A program made the translations under genes and the position numbers. Shown here in pieces: positions 1 to 13,600 of a stretch of 64,000 bases of DNA. Each line of letters begins with the position of its first letter. The first letter of the stretch is position 1. Under the pieces are notes generated by a model. It made no database searches, was not told the origin of the DNA, and saw nothing but the letters and a program-made list of their open reading frames with translations. Location of the stretch: contig NC_091478.1 of assembly GCF_036971445.1 (NCBI RefSeq), positions 88,536,001-88,600,000 on the forward strand. The letters are read 5' to 3'. The DNA comes from Narcine bancroftii (lineage: Eukaryota).

Positions 1-1250
1 ACATCGACATTGAATGACATCTTGACTCAGATCAGAATAAAAAAAGACTACTATTTTGAATCAATAATGGGGTTTGTCGTTATCTCGCATTTTGTACTGC
101 AAGTCGAAGTTTTGCTTCTCTATCCAAATAACTCATCGAATTATTATCGGTCTTGGGGTTGACCAGCTGAGGGTATTCTTCTTAAAGCTCTATGTGCTCT
201 TTCCAGTGCGAATCCCCCAGATAAAAATTCTTGCCCTAATATTTGCGGAATTCAGGCTTTAAAGAAACGAAGAGGGTCTTGTCCTTCTATACCTTCTGCC
301 AAACCAACAATTTTCACATTATTCCTTCTGCTTTGATTTTCCAAATAATCTATTTTTCTTTCTAGCTCCTTCTCTCGATCTCCTAATTCTGACTGATTTT
401 TCCACCTTCAACACTTTTTCTGTTAGAAGCCACTTGTTGTTTACAATCCAAAAAAGCAGTCTGAAATTTTTTTAAATTCTTCATAAGATGCATCCACATG
501 TGTTTTAACTATATTTAATTCTGAACTTATACCAGCATTAATTTGAACCATTTCATTCATTAGAGATGCCAACAAAGGTTTTATAACAGCTTGAATAACT
601 GCATTCAATTGTATACATTGTGAATCAGTAAAACTCCACTCTGCTCTCTCTGACATGGTGGCAGAACAAGGTAACTGCAGCTCCTGCTGCAATTCAACAG
701 ACGTCATTTTAAAAGTTTTACTGCGGGTCTGGACTCCCAGCGACGGCACCCCGACTTCTTCAGGGGGTCGCCGCTGGTCTCCCCCTGCATCTTGTTGTTT
801 TCCCATCTATTCGCGAAGAAAAACGATTTCTTCAGATTGTAATGCTCCCTGATGCTCTTCCTGCATGCTCCCCCCTATTGAAATCGAAAGGCTTTCCAAA
901 TCGGGGTCCACTTCTCGGGAACATGCACCTTCTTCCAGAGAATGGGTAATTACAGCACAATCGTTCATTTGGGGAGTAATAGGTTTTTTTTGCAGCCTCA
1001 ACAGGTGATCTTTAGGATTTAGGCAATGAGAAAATTGAGCCTGGGGCTGTTTCAAGTCGTCTAGGCCCCAGATCCTCAGCACTTCAAAAATGTATTTTCT
1101 TTTGAACTTGAGATTTAGTCTTTTTACTATTAGTGGCCATAATAATTCCTTAATACTTTAAACTAAAATTTTTAAAGTTTAAACTTGAAAACAAAGGGTT
1201 AAAAAATGGGTATTTAAAAGTCTGGCCAGAAAGGTCGAGATTGCCACGCC
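1..1250 (-). mobile_element. L1-clade LINE, 5' end and ORF1 (degenerate; runs off the window)
   Basis: The minus strand at about 264-360 reads KIDYLENQSRRNNVKIVGLAEGIEGQDP, the L1 ORF1p coiled-coil/RRM junction motif. Confidence 0.85.
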
Positions 1251-1326
1251 ATCTTGCCACGCGCCCCCCCCCCTCCCCCTTTTCTTATGGTTTGAACTGA
1301 TTTGCATTTGCATCTTTTTACTGCAG

Positions 1327-1668
1327 CCACCTTGGATGTGAAAGTCTTTCCAGCAGTGTTCAATGCCACAATTGGTGAAGAAGTCCTGCTAAATTGCTTA
1401 TTTTCTCAAACCATTGAGTTTGACTTGATGTACATTGTGATTGAATGGAACCAGAGAGCAGGAGATCATGAAAAGGCTATTTGTCTGTTGGACTTCGGGG
1501 AATATGAAAGCTACAGACCAGGATCAAGTCTCTTTCAAAATGAAATAAGCAAAGGAAATGCATCTTTACTCCTAAAAAATGTTACTGTGGATGACATTGG
1601 ATCATATTCCTGTATCGTTTCGCTATTTTCTGATAAAAATATGGGTAATGTTAATCTGTCAATTACAG
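1327..1668 (+). CDS. Exon: Ig V-set domain (B7/butyrophilin/tapasin-like)
   Basis: Acceptor ctgcag| at 1326 and donor G|gtgagt at 1669, phase 1-1. Motifs VLLNC, IEW and GNASLLLKNVTVDDIGSYSCIV. Four N-glycosylation sequons (NAT, NAS, NVT, NLS). Confidence 0.92.
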
Positions 1669-4600
1669 GTGAGTACAGGAATAATGTCTAAAATACAATC
1701 TGTTAAAATTGGCATTGGGAGTTCCAGTGCTGGGAACTAGGATCTCAACAGGTCCACTTAAAAGGCACAAATTTGACATTAATGTTTTCTTTACCATTTT
1801 CTTTTCCTATCTTGCCCTTCACGTATTTTAAAAGGCCAGCATCTAATTACTGTTTGTAATATTCAAAGAGAAGGCATTCCTCAAAACTTTTATTAAGCAG
1901 TCTGTTACTGCCTTTAAATTATTCTCAAATTCTACTGAATGTAAATAGCATATGTATTTCTGCAAAATGGCGGTGCACTAGAACTGCTGTAACGACAGCG
2001 CTGCTGCAGGTGTGGACCCATGGAGAGCGGAGTCACAGTGCTACCGCAGGTCCAATTATCCTCAGCTCTCTACAGGCTTTAAATGGCCTGTAAATGGAGC
2101 CTTGGAGGTTTTATTTAAAATTACAGTAACCACAGTGACTGTACCCTAGAGAGTGGCACCTATGAATGGCAGTAGCCACGATGAGTTACAGACTCCGGGG
2201 AAGCAGAGGACTGGCGTGGCATACCAGAGAATGAGGCGACTACCCCCGTTTGAGAAGGAGAAGCATGGGAGACAACCCATAGGACAGAGACCACAGAGGC
2301 TGAACAGTGAGGGGCTCTGAAGTTGAGGAACATTCAGACAGCGGGCTGTTGACAATTAGAGGCAAGGAACCTATGCAGGCTGTTGAAGACGGCGGGTGAG
2401 GGATTCGCACTGGGCTGTGGACAGCTAGAGACTGACTCAGGACTGGCTCAGGACTGGCTGAAGGGGTAATATGTTGGATCTGGGATGCGAGAGGGTGCCA
2501 AGGGCACTGAAGAGTTCCTGATTGTGTCGGAGATTCGGGTCTGGAGCTTGAACTGGTCTCTATGCGACTGCCGGGTCTGCAGAAGTGTTGGAGGAAAATC
2601 TGTGGACCACTCAGTGACTCTAGGAGGATCTCTCTTTTGCTTCTCTTTCTCTAACTGTGAGAGGGACCAGGCAATTTCGGCTGATGCCGAATCGACCTCA
2701 TGGCGGACAAAAACAAATTTTGTGTAATATTGCACTGTCTTTATTACATGACAATAAATTAAATCTTGAATCATATGCTTTTGAGGAAGCAGACATCGAT
2801 TTACCAGAAATCATATCTGTACTAAAAAATATTACATTTTAAGGCAACATCTAAGAAGTCCTTCTTCTTCTTCTTCTTTCCCTCTACTGCCATCAACATG
2901 GCCCACATCTCCTCTATTTCCCACACATTTGCCCCTAGATGAAGAACAGGGTTCCCCTTAACCTCCCTTACCAGCCTCCGCATCCAACATATCCTCTGCA
3001 ATTTCTACCACCTACAGTGTGATCCCACCACTAGACATATCTTCCCCTCTCTGGTTCTGCAGAGACTACTCCCTCGTTCACTATCCTTTCCCACATCGCC
3101 CCCTCAAGTGCTTACCCCTGTGACCGCATGAAGTGCTACATTTGTGCCCAAACCACCTTTCTCACCACCTTTCAGGCTCCAAACAGTCCTTCCAAGTGAT
3201 GCAATGCTTCACATGTGAATCTGCAGGGGATCATCTACTACATCTGGTGGTCCCATTGTATCTCTCTTTGACATCAGAGAGAATGGATGCAGACAGGGAC
3301 ATCACTTCTGTCTACCCTAATAATGGGAATCTACCAGTGCCCAGCTGTTTTAATTCCACACCCCATTCCCACATCATTTGTCTGTCCATGGCCTCAAGCA
3401 CAGTCAAACCGAGGCTACCCGCAAATCAGGAATAGAGTCAAATATTCCATCTGGGCACTCTTCAGCCAGATGGCATTAACTAGACTTCCCCATTTTCTTT
3501 TGGGGTACTCCCTGTCTCTTTCTCTCTCTCTCTCTCCCCCTCCTCTCTTTCCTCCTCTCTCCCCCATCACCCTCCCTCTCTCTCTTTCCTTCTGTCTCCT
3601 TTCCTTCAGCTCCTAATGTCCTTCTCTCTTTTTTCAGAGATCTATCCCCTCCTCATCACTTCGCAGCTTTTTTCTCCTCTCCCCTCCCACGCGCATCCTC
3701 CTATGACCTTTCGCCTGTTTTGCCTTGCTCCTCCCCCGCCCCACCCCTTGGGCCAAAATGTTGGTTACCCTTTGCTTCTGATAGATGCTGCATGACGAGG
3801 AGGTCGAGGAGGAGGTGCGTTGGCTGAGCGATGGGGCAGACAGTATATAAAGTAAACTTACCGGTCAGGGGCTTAATCAGGTGACGAGGAGGAGGTGCAT
3901 TGGCTGTGCAACGGGGTGGTAAATACATAAAGCTTACTTAACAGCCAGGTTTAATTAGTGAGGGAGGGAGGGACAATGAGCGACCAAAGGAGTGGGACTT
4001 GGGACTTCCAGGCTTTGGCTCAACAGGCTTCGGAAAAAGCAGGCGAGGATAAAGGTAAGCTGTATTATTTGCTTTTCTTAATGTTTAATATAGAATTCAG
4101 AGACATGCCTATGGGGTTAGTGCTCTGTTCTGGGTGTCAGATATAGGAACCAAGGGTGACTTCCACACTCCGCAATGGCCACAACTGCGCCTGGTGCACC
4201 GTGATGCAGTTCGCACTTCCTTAAAGACTCAGTTGGGGAACTGGAACTGCAGCTTGATGACCTGCGGTTTGTTAGAGAGAGTGAGGAGATGGTTGATAGG
4301 ACCTTCACCCTCCCCAACGGTCACTCCTGCATTGGGTGCACCAGGATGCAGCTCCTTAAGGACCAAATTAGGGAGATGGATTTTCAGCTTGATGACCTGC
4401 GGGTTGTTAGGGAGAGGGAAGAGGTTATTGATAGGACGTACAGGGAGGTAATTACCCCTAGACGAGAGGTGTTGGGTAAGTGGGCAACTGTCAGGGGAGG
4501 GAATAAAAATGCCAGGATAATGGAGAGCACCTTTGTGACTCTTCCTCTCTGCAATTGTATTGGATACTGTTGGGGGTAATGGCCTGACAGGGGATGGCCA

Positions 4601-7600
4601 CACTAAGCCTGGCGCTGTGGTACAGAAGGGAAGGAAGAGGAATGCAGTGGTCATAGGGGACTCCATTGTCAGGAGTAAATACAAGGGATTCTGTGAGCCT
4701 GATAGATATACCCACATGGTATTTTGTCTCCCAGGTGCCAGGGTGTGAGATATCTCAAATCGGGTCCAGAGTATTCTGAGAACAGCCTGATGTCTTGGTA
4801 CTTGTGAGTACCAATGACATTGATTTTAAAAAAAAAGGGAGGAGGACATGAAAAGGAATTACAGTGTGTTAGGATGGAAGCTAAGAGACAAGACATTCAG
4901 GGTAGTGATCTGTGGATTGCTACCTGTGCCAAGTGCAAGTGGGGGCAAAAATGGAAGGATCAGACAGATGAATGGGTGGCTGAGGGGCTGGTGCAGAAGG
5001 AAGGGTTTCAGAATCTTAGACCATTGGGATCTCTTCAGGGGGAGGCATGACCTCTACAAGAAGGATGGGTTACACCTGAACCCAAAAGGGGTTAATAAGC
5101 AGGTGTGGTTTAAACTAATTTGGCTGGGGGATGGGAGCCTGAGTGATAGGGCAATGGATAGGAAAGAGAAAATAGGAAAAGTTCAGATAGGCAGTGAAAT
5201 TAAAAGGACAGAAGGAGCAGAAAGGGATTGGAGAGTATGGCCAAGTGCGTCAGGTAACAAGGTGAGAAATGTGGGGAGTGACAGATTAAAGGTATTGTAC
5301 ATGAACAAACGGAATATAAGAAATAAAATGGATGAGCTTGAGGCTCAACTGCATATTGGCGAGAATGATGTTATAGGAATAACAGAGACACCACTGCAGG
5401 AGGGCTGGGATTGGGAAATTAATATTCCAGGGTTTATGTCCTATCGAAGGGACAGACAGGTGGGTAGAGGGAGTGGAATGGATCTGTTGGTGAGGAATGA
5501 TTTTCAGTCCCTTGAAAGGAGTGACATAAAAGCAAGTGGAGTAGAGTCTGGAGAGAGTTGAGAAATTGCAAGGGCAAGAGGGCCATAATGGGAGTCATAT
5601 ACAAGCCCCCAAATGGTAGCTCGGATATTGGAGGCAGAATAAATCAGGAGTTAAGATTGGCATGTCAGAATGGCTATGATGCAGTTGTTATGGGAGATTT
5701 CAACATGCAGGTAGACTGGGAAAATCTAGCTGGTGCGGAACTGCAAGAAAGTGAGTTTATAGAATGTGTCCAGGATACATTTTTAGAGCAGCTCATGATG
5801 GACCCCACCAGAGGGAAGACAATTCGGGATGTGGTGTTGTATAACATAGAAACATAGAAGATAGGAGCAGGAGTAGGTCATTCGGCCCTTCGAGCCTGCT
5901 CCGCCATTCAATGAGATTATGGCTGATCTTAAAGTTCAGTACCCCGTCCCCGCCTTCTCTCTGTAACCCTTAATTCCCTTATACTGAAGAAATATATCTA
6001 ATTCCCTCTTAAATATATTCAATGAACCTGCCTCTACTGCTCTCTGTGGTAATGAATTCTACAGATTCACCACCCTCTGGGTAAAGAAATTTCTCCTCAT
6101 CTCGGTCCTAAATGTTTTGCCTATTATCCTCGAACCATGGCCCCGGGTTCTGGACTCCCCCACCATTGGAAACATCCCATCTGCATCCATTCTGTCCAGT
6201 CCTGCCAGAATTTTATATGTCTCTATGAGATCCCCTCTCATTCTTCTAAACTCCAGCGAGTACAATCCCAATTTGCGCAATCTTTCCTCATAAGTCATTC
6301 CTGCCATTCCAGGTATCAGCCTGGTGAATCGCCTCTGCGCTCCCTCCATTGCAAGAACATCCTTCCTCAGATAAGGTGACCAAAACTGCACACAATACTC
6401 CAGGTCTGGTCTCACCAGGGCTCTTTACAACTGCAGTAAGGTATCCTTGTTCCTAGACTCAAACCCTCTTGATATGAAGGCCAACATACCATTTGCTTTT
6501 TTAACCTCCTGCTGTACCTGCATACTCACCTTCAGAGACTGGTGCACAAGAACCCCTAGGTCTCTCTGCACTTCCCCATTTCCCAATCTATTGCCATTCA
6601 AATAGTAGTCTGCCCTCCGGTTTGTATTACCAAAGTGGATAACCTCACATTTATCCACATTGTAATGCATTTGCCATGTATCTGCCCAGTCCCCCAATTT
6701 ATCCAAATCACACTGGAGCTTCCTGACCCCCTCTTCAGTGCACACAACCCCTCCTGCAAATTTGGAGATCTTACGTCCAATCCCCTCATCTAGATCATTA
6801 ATGTGAATTGTGAACAGCTGGGGTCCCAGTACAGATCCCTGTGGCACCCCACCGGTCACCGCTTGCCAACAATGCGGATTTGATAAGGGATCTTGAAGTA
6901 GGGGAGCCATGAGGTAATAACGACCATAATATGGTAAGTTTTAATTTGCAATTTGAAAGGGAGAAGGAAAGAAAGTCAGAAATATGAGTACTACATTTGA
7001 ATAAAGGGGAATATGCAGCCATGAGGGAGGAGCTTGCCAAAATACAATGGAAGGATTCTCCCTGGCTGGGAGAACAATGGAACAAAAATGGCAGATATTT
7101 CTGGGCATTTTTCACAAGGTACAGGAGCAGTTCATTCCAAAGAGGAAGAAGGGTTCTAAGGTGAGCAAAGGGCAACTGTAGCTGACAAAGGAAGTCGAGA
7201 ACAGTATCAAGACCAAGGAGAGGAAGTATAATATAGCAAAGAGGAACCTTCAAAGAGCAACAGAAGATAACTAAGAAAGCTATACGATATTGCTTTAAGA
7301 TGAAGGATGGTGAGGGAGGGGGGGGGAAATAAAACGACACTGTATATATTTTAAAATGAAAATGTATGTATCTTGATCAATGTGGTTTATAGTGTGAAAA
7401 ATAAAAAAATAAAAAAAAAAGATGAAGGATGGTGAAAAAAATGAGAATGTCACTGTACATACTAATACCGAACATTACTGATGTGGTTCACGGTGAAATG
7501 TTAAATAAAAAAATTATAAAAATAATTTTAAAAAAGAAAATTATATCAAGAATGCTTATAAAGGGAGTACAATATTTACTCTACTTCTTTTGTCTTTGTA

Positions 7601-10600
7601 GCACCTCCTGTGGTTTCAATAAATACCGTAAATATTATTATGGAACCTGGAGAAGATAAAGTAATTATTTCTGTGATGCAAAACTTCTATCCGGAGAAAC
7701 TTTCTGTCTCTTGGTTAAAAAATAACTCAAAAGACAATGAAAGCCAAGTTAATATCACATCCCAAGCGGTTGCAGGAACACAACAACGAAATCAAGATGG
7801 GACATTTAACCTAATTTCATTCCTGATTATCAAAGGCAACAAAGGGGATGATGGAGTTTTTTATATCTGTCGAGTCACTCATGAAGCATTAAAAGTACCA
7901 ATACAAAAAGCTGTTGGGTTGACCATAAAGGGTGAGTTATAAAAGGGGAGAATGGTGTTGGTTTTTTCATGAGTCCCATTTATTTTCACTTTGGGAAATT
8001 TGATTTGAATTTTATGTAACTGAGCATAGACAGAGGGGGCATCATGAGAAGCAGACATCACTGAATCCCACGTACTTGAACAGAACTTTTAGCATTGTCG
8101 TGCCATGTTTCCCTTAAGATGAGAAGTCTTTGTAGTTTATTTGCGAAATGTTCACAAGATATTATAATAGAAAAGCTCTAATCTTTGACCTAATTTTATC
8201 AAAATTGTCTATGACAAGGCAGTGGTATCATATTTTCACTGCAAATATTAATACCATATCTGGATCACATGGTTTTTTAATTAATTCTGGTGTTCTTTTG
8301 TTAAAAAATACAATGAAACAATTATTTACTGTTATTACCTGACTGTTTTCAAAACTATGCTCAAAAATAATTAATATTTTGATTAATCAGATATCTGACA
8401 CAATGTAACCCCCATCAAGAACCAAGCTACATGCAGGATGTTAATGTAAAGTGGGCATGTTCTCCCCAGAGAAGGATGCATTTCGAGAAGAGTTGTCTTT
8501 CAAATGGGGGCATTAAATTGAGGTTTATGTTTCAAAAATCCCATGGCATAATTTTAAAGAAAATCTCAATGTCTCTTGGTGACTTGTTTATCCCTCTCTC
8601 AAAAGTTTCAAAAGTCCCAAAATTACTGCTCAATATCATGTTGCTGTTTGAAGTAGCTTGCTATGTTGAAAATTCTACATCTTCTGAATTAATTTTGAAG
8701 GTACAACATTGGCTGTAAAATGCTTTGAACTGTTCTAAAACAAGTGAATGTTCTAGAAAGTGAAAATTCTAGAAGTACGTTTCAAAAACTTCTGTGGGTT
8801 GTAGGTTAATTGGAGTATTTGGGCGGCTTGGGGGCTGGAAGGGCCTGTTACCATGCAATTTAAATTTTAAAAATTTAAATTTAAAAGATACCTTTCTGAT
8901 CTCCTGTCTGCACAATGTGAGGTACTGTCCCATTTCCTGGTGATGGTCCGGCAGAATTTACCCGCTTACCCCCACCCCGTTTTTTTTCGTCTGAACCAGC
9001 AAACTATTTTGGAGTGCAGGTCAGTGGGTCTCAACTTTCCTCAGTATCAGGCCCACCTGACTTGCGGCATAACATGCCATGGCCTGCTAGTGGCAATAAC
9101 TGAGCAATATTTTCATCAAAGGTAGGTCTGTAAATTTAAAATATTTTATTTAACATTTTTAAAGACCTACACAGAAACCCACTGGTTTAAAACCACTGAC
9201 TATGCAAAATTTATTAATTTAAGGGCTGGGAACACTTGAAGTGGCACAATAATCCTTCTACAATTCACTAGCTGTGTTTAGGATTGCTTAGATCTTCCTG
9301 AAGTCTCCTTGATCCTCACGGCATGAATCACAACAGCTGGGATTACTAGAGAAGGTGCCTCTGGAAGTAAAAATGCTAAGAATTGAACTTTGTAATGCAA
9401 GAATGCTGCCTCCAGCAGTAGTAGAGGGCTGTGGGTGTGAGGAAGGGAAAATTTATATTGTGGATTATATTGTAGGTTTACGTGAGTTGGAACAGCCTGT
9501 GCTGTTATGTTTTCTGTTTTACTCAAAGTCTGTTTCCTCAAAATTTACTAAACTTCAACTGTTCCTACACCATATTTCGAACATCTTCAGAAACATCAGC
9601 TGTTTATATAATATGCCTCTCTTTTGAAACATCCCATTGCACTTTACAACCAATCGTATGTTTGTTACATTGGAAGCAATGCTTCAAATTATGCTGTAAT
9701 TCAATTTTAAAATTTGCTTTTTGATTTCAAATGTTGTTCGGCTTACAGAAACTAATAATCTTGAATATTTTATTGACTTTTGTGTTTCTAGGCTCCACTC
9801 TAACTTCTAGATCAAGAATATTGTTCGCAGCTGTTGTGACCTTTCTGCTCACAGCAGTTATCTGCTATGGAACATGTGTTTTCTACAATCAAAGAACAGG
9901 TAAATAATAGAAGTCGTTAAACTTAATTTTGTGATGGGGTTGAGTTTTGTAAAGGTGCATTTCTTTCCCCGAGAAGTTAATAGTGTTCTGTCACTTTGAG
10001 CCATTTGCGGTCTCTATGGTGGTAATGTGATCCAATGGATGAGGTAGTCTACTTCAGCGATGTTGACCCTGTGACAGTGTTCCTTTGTAAAGACTTACTC
10101 ATCTCCCTGGTGTTTTGTTATAATGTTTTTATTTCTATGATATTCCGATACACATACTTTTCTAATTAGATTTGCATACCTAATGTATTTTAAGATGATG
10201 TCTCGTGCTTCGAGATCTTGACTGCTTTTCAGAAATTGACTTCAGTGGGATTGATTAAAAAGAAAAAGAATGCTGGAAATAATCAGCAGGTCAGGCCACG
10301 ATTTTTAGGAAGAAAATCTTTGGATCCTCAACTGGAATATTAGCCCTGTTTCTCTTTCTAAAGATGTGACTTGACCTGCTAAGTATTTCTCACATTTTCT
10401 GTTTTTATTTTAGATATCCAGCATCCACAATTTTTTTTTTAAATTTTCACCAAGATTGGTCATTGCCAACCAATCATATCGGAAGAGGAGCTTAAGTTAA
10501 AAATAAAGCAAGAGGATTAGTAAAATAAATGACAAATGATAGAGAAAATTATAATTGTAGCATTTTTTTGAAGTAATTCTGGTTTTTCTGTTTTACAGAT

Positions 10601-13600
10601 ACTCCCAGAGTGTCAAATATAATCATATCAAACTATTGGAATAAGGCCAATCCACTTTCTCTTACTTGTGCAGTTTTCTGGTTCAGACCAAAATCAATTG
10701 TCATCTCTTGGTCCAGAGGAGAAGTGGGTAAATTCCACAGGACCCTCATCAGTAAATGGGACAGCGCCTCACACTGTGCAGGCAAGAAAACAGAAAGTTA
10801 TTTTCAGAATGAACAGGGACAAGTTGAAAGAATGCCGTTCACGAGAGGAGAATATGATGTTGCAGTGTCTTTGAAAGATCACAAAGAATGTGGAATGCAC
10901 AGTTTAATATCTCAGCTCACATTCAGAGGTGAAAAAGTTGCAAAAAGAGAACAGGCTTATTATTTTGAAGTCTTGCATTATGCATTTGAGCAACCCATTT
11001 TAAAAACAGTTGTTGTAGAAATCAAAGGTAAGTTGCTTTTTTTTCCTATTGCATATAAATCTAAAGAAAATTAGAATTGTTTTAAACGATGCCAAAATAG
11101 GCATTGAAAAAGAAATAGAAACCTTTTGAGTATACACTGTGCCGTGCCATATATATCTTACAAATTATTGTGTGCAATCAATATTTAGCATTCGGTTGCT
11201 TAATTCATGTTAATCTTCTGTCAATTATTTTCTTTCCGCCTCTGACTCATTTACATACTTTGGGTAAATTAATGACCAAAGGAATAACAAACATAAAAAC
11301 AAAATTTGCTGAAAATATTCAAGAAATGAGGCAACATCTGTTTAATATTATAAATAATATTTTAGGTTCTATATTTGATCTTTATTCTCAGATAATCGAT
11401 TATAATTAGAGCTACTACACCACCTGTTTTCTGAATTGTACTGTTAACATTGTGGTAAACCACTGTCATGTATAATTATCTGGTCAGGCATACCTATTGG
11501 CCAGTTGTACCTGTAGCCCCTCTTCACAGACCCCTGTTACTCGGTACAGGACAACCGAACAGTAGGGATATGCTAAGTTCTCAAGTGAATAAAAGTCTAT
11601 TGGTTTTTCTACAGTAGTCTTCTGAGTAATTGATGGTGCATCAAACATTATGTAAATCCTGCACAAGAACATCCTGCTTCCCTCCCCTCTTCAAAGTTTC
11701 AATGTTCCCATTCGTTGATCATTTAAGAAATATTGTGTTTTTCTATGTGTACTATCACACTGGATAGCCTTACAAAATATTCCACTTATACATTTAACTG
11801 GTTTAATTGCAGAATCATAATATCTCACTCACAGATATCTTAATAATCAAGTGTATTATCACTTGGATACATTACACCAAATCCCATTATCTAAATAATT
11901 AATTATCAGTCATAAATACCTAAATCTTCAATACCAATCCTTGTAGAACCCACCAGAAAGAACTTGGATTGGATTAAATGGAAGTTGTATAGTTGTTCAG
12001 TATAACTTGATGAGAATAGTTGTGCAAAGTACTCTTGAGTGAATCATCTTATTGGAGAAAGAATCTCTAAAACAGGAAGGGCCTGTAACAGTGCTGTTTA
12101 TCTAAATAAATAACATTTTAAATAAAGGGTTAAAATTGTAAAGTAAATGTTCTCTGAAGCAACACACAACCCCTTGGGAGCCAACATTCAGCCAGCAGAG
12201 TCCCATGGTCATGCCCCACCCACAGCAGCTGTTTGAATAAAGTTGCGATAAAGTTGGATTTAAATAAAATGACGGCACCTCGGATGGAGAGCCGGCTGAT
12301 GCTGCTCGTCGCTGGGGTGGCTCTCCCAAAGTGTCTCCCTACCCCTGTCTCGTAAAGAATCTTTATTCATATTAGGTACATCTGGCTTTATCTGTAAACT
12401 TGGGGGAGTGCAGGTTAATTATGATGGTGGCATGGTTAGCTAGTGCTATGCTGTTACAGGGTCAGCGACTGGGGTTCAAATTTGAATTTTGTAAGTTAAG
12501 GGAATTACCTGATTAAAGTGAACTTTGCTTCATTAAAGATGATAATACTGACTTTTTTCCAAATTACTTTACATTTTGCACTGTCTTTTTGTCTTTTAAT
12601 CTGTGTATTCTTAATGCAAGTGTATTAGGCATTGGAACAGTGTATCTCAGTCAACCGGAAAATTCGCATATGCGGCATCCACGATCCCTGTACGTGCCGA
12701 ATAATGAGAATTCTACTGTATATGTTAACTTTATTTTTGATAAAATTTCTAACAGGTGATGATGACAGTATTGAATATTTTCCAACACAAGTAAAGCACA
12801 ATGATTGGGCAGTGCAGGCTATTGAAGAAGGACGGCGCACTGTGGTTAATTACATCAGTCCAAACATAGTTCCACTCTTAAATCTTTTAATGGAGCAGAG
12901 AATAATCTCCGAAGATGATCTCAGTGATGTAAAAGCTAAGCCAGACGTTGACAAAGGACGAACTCTTTTGGACATGATGAGTCACAAAGGAGAGCAGGCC
13001 AGTGCTCAATTTTTCAATGTACTACACGACACTGATTACCTTTATCCTGGCATCAGAAGATATATAACATCACTGATGGAACCCTACACTGAGAAAGGTG
13101 ATAGGCCAATTTTTGATCTACATGAAGACATACCAACTGTTTTATTTGAGTTTAATGATGAAAAAAACAGAATATCTAATATTTCTGAAGGTAAGTGTAA
13201 TTAGAATTAATGGGCATTTCTGTGTTTTAATAGTTCCATATCATTAGTATGTAAGCTCTGTAATATTCTACAATACATGCAAATACTGAAATTTGGATAT
13301 GGTTAATACCGTGGATTCAATTTGTTTATGTGGTTGAGGTGAGTATTTGCAGTTTTGAAATCTTCACATTCGGATGAGCAATTAAGCAGCACGAGGACAA
13401 CTTCTTCCCCTCTGCTGGGAGATTCCTGAATGAGCAATGAACCATAGACAGTCAGTTGCTTTTTTCTTTTTCTTGAACAATTTTTATTCATTTTGTCATG
13501 TGGTTCATATAAATATTTGCACTGTGATTTTCCTGGAAAACAATCCATTTTGTGACGTGTTCATGACCATTGATTCTGATTCTCATACGTTAAAACAAAA

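Noticed and set aside
1302-1326. ORF start MHLHLFT as the gene's N-terminus
   Set aside because: The TTG start lies in the acceptor tract and there is no signal peptide. The leader exon must lie upstream, since 1-1250 is L1.
10599-13190. ITIM/ITAM signalling motifs in the predicted cytoplasmic region
   Set aside because: Tyrosines are present, but none fits (I/V/L/S)xYxx(L/V) or paired YxxL spacing convincingly.
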